From the NCBI GenBank assembly GCA_040218735.1, contig JAVJQW010000007.1, positions 160,001 to 224,000 of the forward strand: DNA of 64,000 nucleotides, in the 5' to 3' direction. Shown piece after piece: positions 36,661 through 46,228 of this stretch. This stretch comes from Deltaproteobacteria bacterium. GTDB taxonomy: Bacteria > Myxococcota > Kuafuiibacteriia > Kuafuiibacteriales > Kuafuiibacteriaceae. The notes under the pieces were generated by a model. The model saw only the letters and a list, made by a program, of their open reading frames with translations. It was not told where the DNA came from and did no database searches. Position numbers and translations under genes: made by a program. Positions within the stretch are counted from its first letter, which is position 1. Each line of letters starts with the position of its first letter.

Positions 36661-38004
36661 ATGGGGATGTTGATTCAGATCGCGGCTCGCAACCTCGTGA
36701 AGGCTCGCCTGCGGACGTTGTTCCTCGGCTCGGCGCTCACGCTCGTCACGGCGCTCCTCATCCTCCTGCTCGCGCTGTCGCAGGGTGTGACGGACACGAT
36801 GATTCGCTCCGCGACCACGCTCGCGTCCGGGCACGTGAACGTCGCGGGGTGGTTCAAGGCGAAGGTCGGCGACTCCGCTCCGCTCGTCACGCAGCGCGAG
36901 AAGATCCGGAAGATCGTCGAGGAGAACACCCCCGGGCTCGACTTCGTCGTCGACCGCGGCCGCGGTTGGGGGCGCGTCATCAGCGACACCTCGTCGCTGA
37001 ACGCCGGGCTCACGGGCATCGACATCGACACGGAGGCGCGCCTCACCGAGACGCTGCAGCTCGCGGAGGAGAGTGAGTACGTCGAAGGCGGTAGCGCCGA
37101 GCTCCACGGCAAGCTGGAAGACATGGCGCGCCCGGACGGGATGCTGCTGTTCGCCGCGCAGGCGAAGCGGCTCGAGGTTCGGGTGGGCGACGTCGTGACG
37201 GTGACCGTCGAGCTCATGTCGGGCGCGCGGAACACCGCCGAGTTCACGGTGGTCGCGATCGCGAAGGACCTCGGGATGATGAGCAACTGGTCGGTCTTCG
37301 TGAACAGCGCCGGCATCCGCAAGCTCTACGCGCTGAGCGACGACGTCACCGGTGCGTTGGAGATCCACCTGGAGGACCACACGAAGGCGACCGAGGTGAT
37401 GAAGCACCTCACGGGGGTGTTCGAGGAGAACGGCTACGAGGTCATGGACCACGACCCGCAGGCGTTCTTCATGAAGTTCGAGACGGTGCAGGGCGAGGAC
37501 TGGACCGGGCAGAAGCTCGACCTGACGATCTGGCGCGACGAGGTCTCGTACATGTCGTGGCTGTTGCTGCTGATCGACGCGGGCGCGTTCCTGTTGATGG
37601 TGATCCTCAGTTTGATCATCGCGGTGGGGATCACGAACTCGATGATGATGAGCGTGCGCGAGCGGACCTCGGAGATCGGGACGCTGCGTGCGATCGGGAT
37701 GTCGCGCTCGCGGGTGCTCCTGATGTTCCTCACGGAGTCGCTGCTCCTCGGGTTGGGCTCCACGCTGCTCGGCGGACTGCTCGGGATGGGGCTGGCGTAC
37801 GGGCTGAACGCGGCGGCAATCCCGGTGACGTCGACCGCCGTGCGGCTGATCTTGATGTCCGATACGCTGCACCTGGTGGTGACTCCGGGGCAGCTGGTTC
37901 TCGCGACGCTCGCGTTCTCGATCGTCGCGTCGCTCGCGGCGTTCCTGCCGGCCTTCCGCGCTTCGCGATTGCAGCCGGTGAAGGCGATTCAGCACGCGAG
38001 CTGA
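36661..38004 (+). CDS. FtsX/LolE-like ABC permease
   Basis: 'AARNL...RT', 'ERTSEIGTLRAIG', 'PAFRASRLQPVKAI'. Confidence 0.9.
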   Translation: MGMLIQIAARNLVKARLRTLFLGSALTLVTALLILLLALSQGVTDTMIRSATTLASGHVNVAGWFKAKVGDSAPLVTQREKIRKIVEENTPGLDFVVDRGRGWGRVISDTSSLNAGLTGIDIDTEARLTETLQLAEESEYVEGGSAELHGKLEDMARPDGMLLFAAQAKRLEVRVGDVVTVTVELMSGARNTAEFTVVAIAKDLGMMSNWSVFVNSAGIRKLYALSDDVTGALEIHLEDHTKATEVMKHLTGVFEENGYEVMDHDPQAFFMKFETVQGEDWTGQKLDLTIWRDEVSYMSWLLLLIDAGAFLLMVILSLIIAVGITNSMMMSVRERTSEIGTLRAIGMSRSRVLLMFLTESLLLGLGSTLLGGLLGMGLAYGLNAAAIPVTSTAVRLILMSDTLHLVVTPGQLVLATLAFSIVASLAAFLPAFRASRLQPVKAIQHAS

Positions 38005-38013
38005 GAGAGAGAG

Positions 38014-38799
38014 GTGAGTACGATGAGTTCGAAGATCTTCGGCGCCGCGGTGGCGCTGGCGCTCCTCACGCCGGACGCGGCGTGGGCGCTCGACCAAAAG
38101 AAGGTCGACGCGATCGTGAAGGAGCTGGACGACCGTCAGCGCAACTCCGGCGACTACAAGGCGCTCTGTTACATCGAACAGAAGGAGCGCGGTAAGAACG
38201 ACCTCGTCTATCAGGGCGTGTTCTACCGGCGGGACGAGGACGACAAACTCATGATCCTCTTCCTCAAACCCAAGTCGGAGGCGGGGAAGGGGTACCTGCG
38301 CCTCGACAAGAACATGTTCATGTACGACCCCACCGTCGGGAAGTGGGAGCGCCGCACCGAGCGTGAGCGCATCATGGGTACGGACTCACGTCGCCAGGAC
38401 TTCGACGAGTCGCGCCTCGCGGAGGAGTTCGACGCGAAGTTCGTGAAGGACGACAAGCTCGGTAAGTTCGCCGTGCACCACCTGGAGCTGAAGGCCAAGA
38501 AGGGCGTCGACGTCGCCTACCCCGTGCTCCACATGTGGATCGACGCCGCGACGGGCAACATGCTCAAGCGACAGGACTTCGCGCTGTCCGGGCGGCTCAT
38601 GCGCACGACCTACTACCCCAAGTGGAAGAAGGTCTTCTCCGAGTCGAAGGGCTCCGAGGTCTACTACCCCGAGCAGATCCGAATCTTCGACGAGGTGGAG
38701 AAGGGCAACAAGACGACCGTGGTGATCACGAGCGTCGACCTGAAGTCACTCGACGCAAACATCTTCACGAAGGCCTGGCTCGAGAGTAAGAGCCGATGA
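38014..38799 (+). CDS. LolA-like outer-membrane lipoprotein-sorting protein
   Basis: Signal peptide ('AWA'); 'ILFLKPKSEAGKGYL', 'FMYDP', 'MGTD', 'WID', 'SGRLMRT', 'NIFT'. Confidence 0.82.
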   Translation: MSTMSSKIFGAAVALALLTPDAAWALDQKKVDAIVKELDDRQRNSGDYKALCYIEQKERGKNDLVYQGVFYRRDEDDKLMILFLKPKSEAGKGYLRLDKNMFMYDPTVGKWERRTERERIMGTDSRRQDFDESRLAEEFDAKFVKDDKLGKFAVHHLELKAKKGVDVAYPVLHMWIDAATGNMLKRQDFALSGRLMRTTYYPKWKKVFSESKGSEVYYPEQIRIFDEVEKGNKTTVVITSVDLKSLDANIFTKAWLESKSR

Positions 38800-40325
38800 A
38801 CCCACGCGCGCTCGCGCTCGCGGTCGGCGCGCTGTGCTGCGCCGGCGCGCCGCGCAACGCGAGCGCCTCCGAGGTCCAGACCTCCTCCACCGCGACGGTG
38901 TCGCCGCAGCTCTCGGACGATCGCGACGCGGACATTTTCGGCACCGACGATCGCGACGACGCGATCTTCGGCGCTCCGTCCGAGGATCGCGACGCCGCGA
39001 TGTTCGGCGCCGAGACCGCGACCGCCTCCCGAGACGCGCGGGTGCTCTCCGGCGGTGAGGGGCTCCTCGACCGCCTCGCGAGCGCCGCCGAAGCGGCGGA
39101 CGACTACCTCGACATCGGCGGGACGCTCTGGCTGTGGGGCCAGTGGGATGCGTCGCGCTCCGGCGAGCCGGAGGCCTTCCCGCTGCGTTCGCCGAGTTTC
39201 TTCGAGGTGTACCTCGACGCGCGCCCGTCGAACCGCGTGCGTGGTTTCGTGAAGGTCCGCACGAACTACGACTTCACGGTCGCCCCGGGGGACACCGACT
39301 TCACGGGGCAGCCCGTCGACAGCACGCGGTTCGCGCTCGACCAGGCGTGGCTGAAGTTCGACATCGCGCGGCGTGTCTTCGTGACGTTCGGCAAGGAGCG
39401 CCAGCGCTGGGGGAGCGGCCGGCTGTGGAACCCGACGGACTTCCTCAACCCCGGCCTGATCGATCCTTTTGCGTTCTTCGATCTCCGCCTCGGCGTGCCG
39501 ATCCTGAAGCTGCACTACCCGGTCGAGTCGCTCGGTTGGAACTTCTACGCGATCGCGCAGCTCGACGGCGCGAACCGAATCGACGAGGTCGGCGGCGCCT
39601 TCCGCGCGGAGTTCGTCTTCGCGAAGACCGAGATCGCCGCGTCCGCGGCGGTGCGCAAGGATCAGCCGCTCCGCCTCGGACTCGACGTCACCAGCGGAGT
39701 GTGGTGGTTCGACCTGCGCGCCGAGCTTGCGCTCCGCTACAACGAGAAGCGCTCGTTCTACCGGGGGCGGCTCGCGGTCGACGTCGACGAGAACGGGGAC
39801 GAGATCCTCACGCTCCCTACGGCGTTCGACCGGTCGAACGACTGGCTGCCGCAGGCGGTCCTCGGCGCCGAGATCCAGCTGCCGTACTCGGACCGTGACA
39901 ACGTCACGCTCGTGCTCGAGTACTTCTACAACAGCGTCAGCTTCGAGGATGAGTCGCTGTACCTCGTTCCGCTCGCCGCGGGGTTCGGAGCGTTCGGCGT
40001 CGGCGGCACGAGCGCGGTCCCGTTCAACCCGCTGTTTCTCGGTGAACACTACATCGCGCTGTCGGCGGTGTTGTTCGGCCCCGGCGACTGGGACGACACG
40101 ACGTTTGTCTTCGCCGGCGTGACCAACCTCTCCGACCAGTCGACGACGCTGAACCTGAACTACAGCGTGCAGCTGCTCTCCTATCTGCAGCTCAACGCGT
40201 TCCTGCGGATGTTCGTCGGGCCAGCGGGCGGCGCCTTCACGTTCGAGGTCGATCCCGCGTTCTTCGGCGTGGGTTTGCCGCCCGGGCTCCTCAGTACCGG
40301 CGTGTCGCTCCGCCTCGACCTGTGA
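38796..40325 (+). CDS. Predicted outer-membrane beta-barrel partner of the LolA-like system
   Basis: Signal peptide; 'LDQAW...FGKERQRWGSG..WNPTDFLNP' typical of this barrel class; ends 'VSLRLDL'. ATGA overlap with the upstream gene. Confidence 0.75.
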   Translation: MNPRALALAVGALCCAGAPRNASASEVQTSSTATVSPQLSDDRDADIFGTDDRDDAIFGAPSEDRDAAMFGAETATASRDARVLSGGEGLLDRLASAAEAADDYLDIGGTLWLWGQWDASRSGEPEAFPLRSPSFFEVYLDARPSNRVRGFVKVRTNYDFTVAPGDTDFTGQPVDSTRFALDQAWLKFDIARRVFVTFGKERQRWGSGRLWNPTDFLNPGLIDPFAFFDLRLGVPILKLHYPVESLGWNFYAIAQLDGANRIDEVGGAFRAEFVFAKTEIAASAAVRKDQPLRLGLDVTSGVWWFDLRAELALRYNEKRSFYRGRLAVDVDENGDEILTLPTAFDRSNDWLPQAVLGAEIQLPYSDRDNVTLVLEYFYNSVSFEDESLYLVPLAAGFGAFGVGGTSAVPFNPLFLGEHYIALSAVLFGPGDWDDTTFVFAGVTNLSDQSTTLNLNYSVQLLSYLQLNAFLRMFVGPAGGAFTFEVDPAFFGVGLPPGLLSTGVSLRLDL

Positions 40326-40995
40326 AGCCGAAGGCGTCGCTGCGCCCGGCGTCCCGCACCGAGACGCCGTGGAGCGCGGCGGAGAGCGTCGCGTCGTCCA
40401 CGGTGAACGTTCGGCGTGTCACCGAGTCCTGAACGGTAAAGCCGTCCGCGGTCGCCGCGGTCAGCAGGTAGGCGTGGTCCGGAACGAAGGGAGCGCTCAC
40501 GTTCGATCGTGTCCCGAACACCGGGAGCGCGGGGGCGTTCGGATCGGCGAGCTCGGCGCGCGCGCGGTCGAGCGCGCGGGGGCCCTGAAACATCTTGAAC
40601 TTCTGCCCGAGGAGCAGCGCGAGGACGTCGCTCGGCTGGCCGCCGTTGAGGCGCGGGATCAGCGAGAAGACGCCGGCCTCCACGAACCGATACCAGCCTT
40701 CGTCGCGGAGCTGCTCGGGCCGCCAAGACGTCGCGTGCAGGTGCGGCAGATACGCGAGGTCGGGGGTCGCCCAGACGTCGTCCGCGTCGGGGTAGCCGAG
40801 GCGGAAGTAGCGCAGGCCGAGGTGGCCGTCGGGGAGCTCGCGGATGGCTTCGCGCAGCGCGTGGGGGGACTTGGTCGCGATGGCGTCCACGGCGCCGGCG
40901 ATCCAGCAGCTGTCGGGGATGGTGGCCGGGACCTCGCCGAGCGGCGCGACGGTCAGGTGCCGAACCGGCGGCGCGTCGGCGAGGGCGAAGGGCAC
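40291..40995 (-). CDS. Divergent calpain-like (papain-fold, C2-type) cysteine peptidase
   Basis: 'DSCWIAGAV' (cf. GDCW), 'WYRFVEAG' (cf. W..llEKA), 'LNGGQPSDVLALLLG', 'DHAYLL' (cf. GHAYSV), 'VQDS' at the RNP position. Confidence 0.5.
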   Translation of the reverse strand: MPFALADAPPVRHLTVAPLGEVPATIPDSCWIAGAVDAIATKSPHALREAIRELPDGHLGLRYFRLGYPDADDVWATPDLAYLPHLHATSWRPEQLRDEGWYRFVEAGVFSLIPRLNGGQPSDVLALLLGQKFKMFQGPRALDRARAELADPNAPALPVFGTRSNVSAPFVPDHAYLLTAATADGFTVQDSVTRRTFTVDDATLSAALHGVSVRDAGRSDAFGFTGRGGATRRY

Positions 40996-41034
40996 GACGG
41001 GTTATCGCCCGCCGAGGCGGATTCGTTGCGAGGA

Positions 41035-41574
41035 TCAACCGCCGCCGAGGGGCTCGTGGACGAAGGAGAGGACGATCGTGCGCTGGTCCTTCGTGGCGAT
41101 CACGTTCGCGTAGTAGCCGTCGACTTCGCAGTGGGTGATCGGCACGAAGGTCGTGTCGACCGTAGTGCTGCTGTTGTTGAACACCATGACTTCGACCTTG
41201 GACGCGGATTGCACCGCGGCGGCGTAGCGGTTGGGTTTGTAGAAGCTCTTCGTCATCCGGATGTCGACCTCGTCGGCCTGGAGGTAGCCCATCTCGTCGA
41301 CGCCGTAGCTCGCCGTCATCATGAAGCCGTTGCGGATGTTGTTGGCCATCGTCTGCGCCTGCGCGCCGCCCGAGGGGGCGTTGTAGCTGATCGACGCGCG
41401 GGTGAAGAAGCCGTTGGGCGGGTCCTGGACGAAGTCGAAGACGTCGTTGCAGAGCGGCTCGAGGAAGACGAGGTTCGATGACTTCGTGGACAGCTCGGCC
41501 TCGTAGTCGGGGCCGCCGCAGGCGGCGAGCGTGAGGGCGAAGAGGGCGGTGGTGGTCGCGTGGGTCTTGTTCAT
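41035..41574 (-). CDS. Hypothetical lipoprotein
   Basis: Lipobox 'LTLAAC' after ATG 41574; normal GC3-rich codon pattern. Confidence 0.7.
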   Translation of the reverse strand: MNKTHATTTALFALTLAACGGPDYEAELSTKSSNLVFLEPLCNDVFDFVQDPPNGFFTRASISYNAPSGGAQAQTMANNIRNGFMMTASYGVDEMGYLQADEVDIRMTKSFYKPNRYAAAVQSASKVEVMVFNNSSTTVDTTFVPITHCEVDGYYANVIATKDQRTIVLSFVHEPLGGG

Positions 41575-41749
41575 GCCCGGACACCAATCCAACTCGTGTG
41601 CCAACCGGCGCGGCCCCGATCGGCCCCGAATCGCGCGCTGAACACCCGAATCGAGCGCTCCGAGCGGCAGGGCCTGCCGGCAAGGTCTGCCGTCCGACGG
41701 TCGCCCGTCACCTTGTGGTCGGACCCGACCGGGTGCTAATCCCCGGGCG

Positions 41750-44725
41750 TTGGCGCAGTCGCTCGAGGCCCTGAAGATCGCGTTCTGCGACGAGGACACC
41801 GCCACCTGGACGAAGGCGGCGCGCGCGCTCGGTGAACGCGCCGCCACCGATGCGGAGGCGCGGGCGTTCCTGCTGGCGTGGCTCACCCAGGAGGACAACG
41901 TCCACCGCTTCCGACACGCGTGCTGCGCGCTCGCGAGCCGGATGTCTTGTGAGGCCGAGCCGGACGAGGAGCTCGAGCGGCTCCAGGCCCAACAGATCGT
42001 CACGCCGCTCGTCGAGCTGGCGCTCGGGTCGCTCCCGCCGGACGCGACGATCGCCGATCTCTCGAAGATACCGGGCGCCGCCGATCGCTTCGCGAGCTGG
42101 GCCGACAAACAGTCCGACAAGCTCCGGGGCCTGATCGATCGCTTCGAGTCCACCGGGAAGACGAAGGCGGCGGACGCCAACAAGAAGAAGCTCGCGCAGA
42201 TCGAGGGGAGCGGACCGTCGTCTCCGGTGCCGTCGGACTTCACGCCTTCGCAACCCAAGTTGACGGAGTGGTCGGTGTGGGCCGTCGCGAGTTACTTCGC
42301 GGGGGTTCGTCACCCGCGGGCGCTGGGCTCGCTCCCGTTGGATCTCGTCGTCGATGCGCTGCTCGATCTCGGCGCTTCGAGGAAGGCGGCCGGGCTCCCG
42401 TTGGTGCTGGGGCTGCCGCCGATGTTGGAGCGCCTCGACGGCACGCTCGACGCCGCGCTGCGCGCGCGCCTCGTCGACAAGCTCGAGTCGACGCTCCCGG
42501 AGTCTTGGGCCGGCGACCGCCTGCACTACAACGACTACGTCCGTCACGTGGCGTCGCTGAGGCGCGAGGCTTCGTTCCGCGCGCTGTGGACGGGGAAGCG
42601 CAAGCTCCCGGCGTGGCTCGACGCCGCGTTCGACGAGATCGTCGAGCTCGCGAAGGAGGGCCGCACCACCGACGCCAACCGACGCTCCGCGGTGCTGATG
42701 CGCGACATCGCCGAGCGGTGCTTCGGCGACGATTGGCGCTGGCAGGAGCTCGGCGACGGCGCGCGGTTCGCGCTCAACGCGTTTGCGCTGCTCGCGATCC
42801 ACGGTCCCGCGCCGCTCGTGAAGCGGAAGGTCGAGCCGCTCAGGCTGTCGCACCGGATCGCCCTCGTCGTGGACGCGATTCGGCAGGGACAGGGCGCTCG
42901 CGAGCAGGTGCTCCCGACGCTCGTGCGCTGTCTGAAGTTGCTGCTCGACACCGAGCTGAAGCAGCACGCGAAGAAGTCGACGCTCTCCGCGATCTGCCGC
43001 CGCCAGATCGTCATCGTGCAGCCGCTGGTCGCGGAGTGGCGCCTCCCGGGGACGCTCCGCAAGGACCTCGCGACGATCGTGTGCCGCGTGCTCCTCGCCG
43101 CGTATCGCAACGACCGCGCCGGGTTCCTCGAGCTGCTGTACGCCGTGTTGTACGCGCTCCCGGACCAGGTGTTGTTCCGAGAGATGGTCGAGTACTCCAC
43201 GGAGGACGAGGTCTCCGCGATGCTCACCGGCATCGTCGCGGGCATCGATCACTGGCACGAGGGCGGCAGCGTCGAGAACGCGTGGGCGCACTACACCCAC
43301 TACGTCGAGCTACTCACGCAGAGCTGCGGCGAGCATGCGCCGTGGTCGGAGCACCTCGTCGGGTTGATGCGGTTGCTCAGCCGCCACGCGATGACCAGCG
43401 AGTACTCGGCGAACGAGATCGGCGCGACGTACGACACCCTCCGCAACGTGCTGCGCGCGCGGCAGATCGTCCGCAAGACTTCGGAGGACGCGGTGGACCG
43501 CCGCTCCGACAAGAAGGGCGCGAACTGGGCGGCGCGTGAGCTGGAGCGCCAGATCGATCACGAGACGAGGGCGGTCTTCGATCGGTTTCAGCGGGTCCTC
43601 GACGACATCCAGATCCTGGAGTCCGACTGTCTGCCCGAGGTCGGGCACCCGACGCCCTCCGACGATCTCGTGCGTCGCTGGCGACGCATGATCTCCGCGC
43701 TCGACGATCTCGGGCGGCTCTGCGCCGACGAGCTCCCCTACGTGGAGCGGGAGATGTCGACGCACCTCATCAAGACCCGCGTCGCGAAGCTGGAAGCGCG
43801 TTTGTTCGTGCTGATGCAGGTCCTCGAGAAGGAGGACGAAGGCGTCGCGGTCGACCTGCTCGAAAAACGCGTCGCCGGTGCGAAGAGCGCTGACGCCGCG
43901 TCGGACCTCGCGGCCGAGGACGGCAACCTCGTCCAGGAGTGGATGCTCGGGCGCTACATGGTGCGCGAGCTCGCGCGCACGCTGCGCCTGAGGGTGTTGG
44001 TGTTGCTGACGTCGCCGACGTTCGTCGCGTTTTGGGTGCTGTCGCCGTTCGTCGCGTGCAGCGTGCTGCACTTGCTTCAGCTCTACCGCTGGCGCGGGTT
44101 GCCGTTCGCGGTCGCCACCGTCGCGAACCTGGTGTTGGTGCTCCTGTACTTCATGGAGTCGCGGCGCGCGCGCGCAGTGACGGCGGGGACGGGGCGCTTC
44201 CTCCTCCCGCAGATCACGGCCGCGTTGTTCCTCGGTATCAACGAGGTGCTCGCCTCGGACGAGGCGTGGTCGCTCGCGGTGCTGGAGTTCCCGTGGGTGC
44301 GTGGGTTCACGATCCTGGCGTTCCTGCTCGCGGGGTTCTTCTTCACGCGTGAGGTGCTCCTCGGCGGTCAGCTCAAGTCGAAGGCCGACACCCGCAAGAA
44401 GTCGCGCCGCGCCGCGAACGTGATGTCGCTGGTTTTGTGGCAGTCCTTCGTCCTGGTCGTGTTGTTCGCGCTGATCAGCGGGCGGGTCATGGGCGATCGT
44501 GCGGAGCTCGACGTCGAGCACCTCAACCGCCTCGCCGCGCAGTGGGGGCACTTCCTGCCGCATGAGGTCCACCTCGGCTCGTTCTTCCTGGAGCCGGTGG
44601 AGGAGAACGCGCTCTACCCGTCGCGCCCGTCCTACCGCGTCTTTCCGTGGGCGGTTCTGACCTGGACGGTGCAGGTGTTCTTCTTCTCGGCGATCTTCGA
44701 GCGGATCATGCGCGGCAAGGACTGA
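41750..44725 (+). CDS. Large hypothetical membrane protein (~730-aa helical N-terminal region + ~6 C-terminal TMs)
   Basis: 991-aa ORF with protein-like composition; no recognisable catalytic motif; TTG start uncertain. Confidence 0.75.
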   Translation: MAQSLEALKIAFCDEDTATWTKAARALGERAATDAEARAFLLAWLTQEDNVHRFRHACCALASRMSCEAEPDEELERLQAQQIVTPLVELALGSLPPDATIADLSKIPGAADRFASWADKQSDKLRGLIDRFESTGKTKAADANKKKLAQIEGSGPSSPVPSDFTPSQPKLTEWSVWAVASYFAGVRHPRALGSLPLDLVVDALLDLGASRKAAGLPLVLGLPPMLERLDGTLDAALRARLVDKLESTLPESWAGDRLHYNDYVRHVASLRREASFRALWTGKRKLPAWLDAAFDEIVELAKEGRTTDANRRSAVLMRDIAERCFGDDWRWQELGDGARFALNAFALLAIHGPAPLVKRKVEPLRLSHRIALVVDAIRQGQGAREQVLPTLVRCLKLLLDTELKQHAKKSTLSAICRRQIVIVQPLVAEWRLPGTLRKDLATIVCRVLLAAYRNDRAGFLELLYAVLYALPDQVLFREMVEYSTEDEVSAMLTGIVAGIDHWHEGGSVENAWAHYTHYVELLTQSCGEHAPWSEHLVGLMRLLSRHAMTSEYSANEIGATYDTLRNVLRARQIVRKTSEDAVDRRSDKKGANWAARELERQIDHETRAVFDRFQRVLDDIQILESDCLPEVGHPTPSDDLVRRWRRMISALDDLGRLCADELPYVEREMSTHLIKTRVAKLEARLFVLMQVLEKEDEGVAVDLLEKRVAGAKSADAASDLAAEDGNLVQEWMLGRYMVRELARTLRLRVLVLLTSPTFVAFWVLSPFVACSVLHLLQLYRWRGLPFAVATVANLVLVLLYFMESRRARAVTAGTGRFLLPQITAALFLGINEVLASDEAWSLAVLEFPWVRGFTILAFLLAGFFFTREVLLGGQLKSKADTRKKSRRAANVMSLVLWQSFVLVVLFALISGRVMGDRAELDVEHLNRLAAQWGHFLPHEVHLGSFFLEPVEENALYPSRPSYRVFPWAVLTWTVQVFFFSAIFERIMRGKD

Positions 44726-44781
44726 CGCCAGGCCACGAGGTCAGTTGCGTCGCGGGGCGCGGTTCCGCATGGTCTTGTGTC

Positions 44782-46209
44782 GTGGCTCGTGTCCTCGCAG
44801 GGTCGGTGTGTCTCCTCGGCGCCGTCGCTTGCGGCGGGTCGGAGTTCGCTGGGATCGGCGCGCTCGAAGATGCGCCGGAGCCCGTCCGCACTCGCCGCTC
44901 CGCGGTGGTGCGCATCCGCGTCGAGTCGTCCCACGGCGGGGGCTCCGGGACGGGGTTCTTCATCAAGGGCCCATACTTCGTGACCAACGCGCACGTGCTG
45001 GGGCCGGAGGAGTGCGGGCGACCTGGCTGCTGGGTCGACATCCGCAGCGACTACGAGATTGGTCGTGAAGCGAAGGACCAGTACATGTTCATGGAGCCGT
45101 ACCGCGTGGACGTCGCGAACGACGTCGCCGTCTACGTGCCGCACCTATCGGAGTTCGGGGCGCCGTACGAGCCGCCGGCGATCGTCGACGTCGCGAACTT
45201 CACCACGCCCGAGGTCGGCGACCGTGTGCACGTCGTCGGGCACCCCTTCGCGACGCTGAAGAAGTGGTCGCACGGCGAGGTCTACGACCACAGCTCGGAA
45301 GGTGTCTGGGCGGAGGCGACCGTCGCACCCGGTAACAGCGGCTCGCCGGTGTTCGACGACGAGGGGCGGTTCGTCGGCGTCGCGACGCTGATGCGCTTCG
45401 TGGTCGGCGACGGCGAAGTCGTGCTCGACACGTTCGCCACCGGCCCGAGGGCGCTCGTCGCGTTGACGACCTCGACCTCGACGACCCCAGCGTTCCCGGA
45501 GCTGGTCGACCTCGAAGACGACGAAGCGATCTCCCGCCACGAGGTGCACCTGTTCAACTCCGGGACGTCGCTTGTCTCGAACCGACAGGTCCCGGAGGTG
45601 CTCCTCGACGTTTGCGACCAAGCGATGGCGTCGAGCCCGCTTCAGACCCGCGCCGACGCCATCGAGCTCTATCGGCGCTGCGTCGTCCCCGTGCGCTGGT
45701 TCGACTGCGAGGACGAGCCGTTCCCCACCACCACGTGTGACCAGAGCGCGGCGAACCAGTGGAGGATTCGCATCGCGGGGTTCGCCGAATTGGTGGAGAC
45801 GTTGTCGCCCGGCGCTTTCCTCGCGGCGCACTACGAGCTGCGGCGCATCGCGGGCCAGCTGCAGAACCCGCCCTATTGGGAGGCCATCCAGCCGGTCGCG
45901 CCCGAGCTCGAAGCGCCCTACTCGATCGACGACGCCGTCCGCGAGCTCGCCTGGGCCATCACGCGGGACCGAGAACCGGCCGACTGGGCCATCGACGCGA
46001 TCGAGGACTACGACGACGTCCCCGGGTACGAACGCGAGGGGACACGCGTGATGCAGGGGATGATCATGCTCCGCCAGGGCAACCGCCTCGACGACGACGA
46101 GCTGAAGTCGAAGCTCGGCGGGCTGTACCGCGACCGCTCGATCGATCTCGTGGGGCACCTCGACGTCGAAGCGGCCCTCTACGACTTCGGCTGGTCCGAC
46201 GAGCTGTGA
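44782..46209 (+). CDS. Trypsin-like (S1) serine protease, probable lipoprotein, with helical C-terminal domain
   Basis: 'GAVACGG' lipobox-like; 'GSGTGFFI', 'VTNAHV', 'NDVA', 'VVGHP', 'PGNSGSPV'. Start set at GTG 44782. Confidence 0.85.
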   Translation: MARVLAGSVCLLGAVACGGSEFAGIGALEDAPEPVRTRRSAVVRIRVESSHGGGSGTGFFIKGPYFVTNAHVLGPEECGRPGCWVDIRSDYEIGREAKDQYMFMEPYRVDVANDVAVYVPHLSEFGAPYEPPAIVDVANFTTPEVGDRVHVVGHPFATLKKWSHGEVYDHSSEGVWAEATVAPGNSGSPVFDDEGRFVGVATLMRFVVGDGEVVLDTFATGPRALVALTTSTSTTPAFPELVDLEDDEAISRHEVHLFNSGTSLVSNRQVPEVLLDVCDQAMASSPLQTRADAIELYRRCVVPVRWFDCEDEPFPTTTCDQSAANQWRIRIAGFAELVETLSPGAFLAAHYELRRIAGQLQNPPYWEAIQPVAPELEAPYSIDDAVRELAWAITRDREPADWAIDAIEDYDDVPGYEREGTRVMQGMIMLRQGNRLDDDELKSKLGGLYRDRSIDLVGHLDVEAALYDFGWSDEL

Positions 46210-46228
46210 GGGCCGGCGGAGGCGCGGA

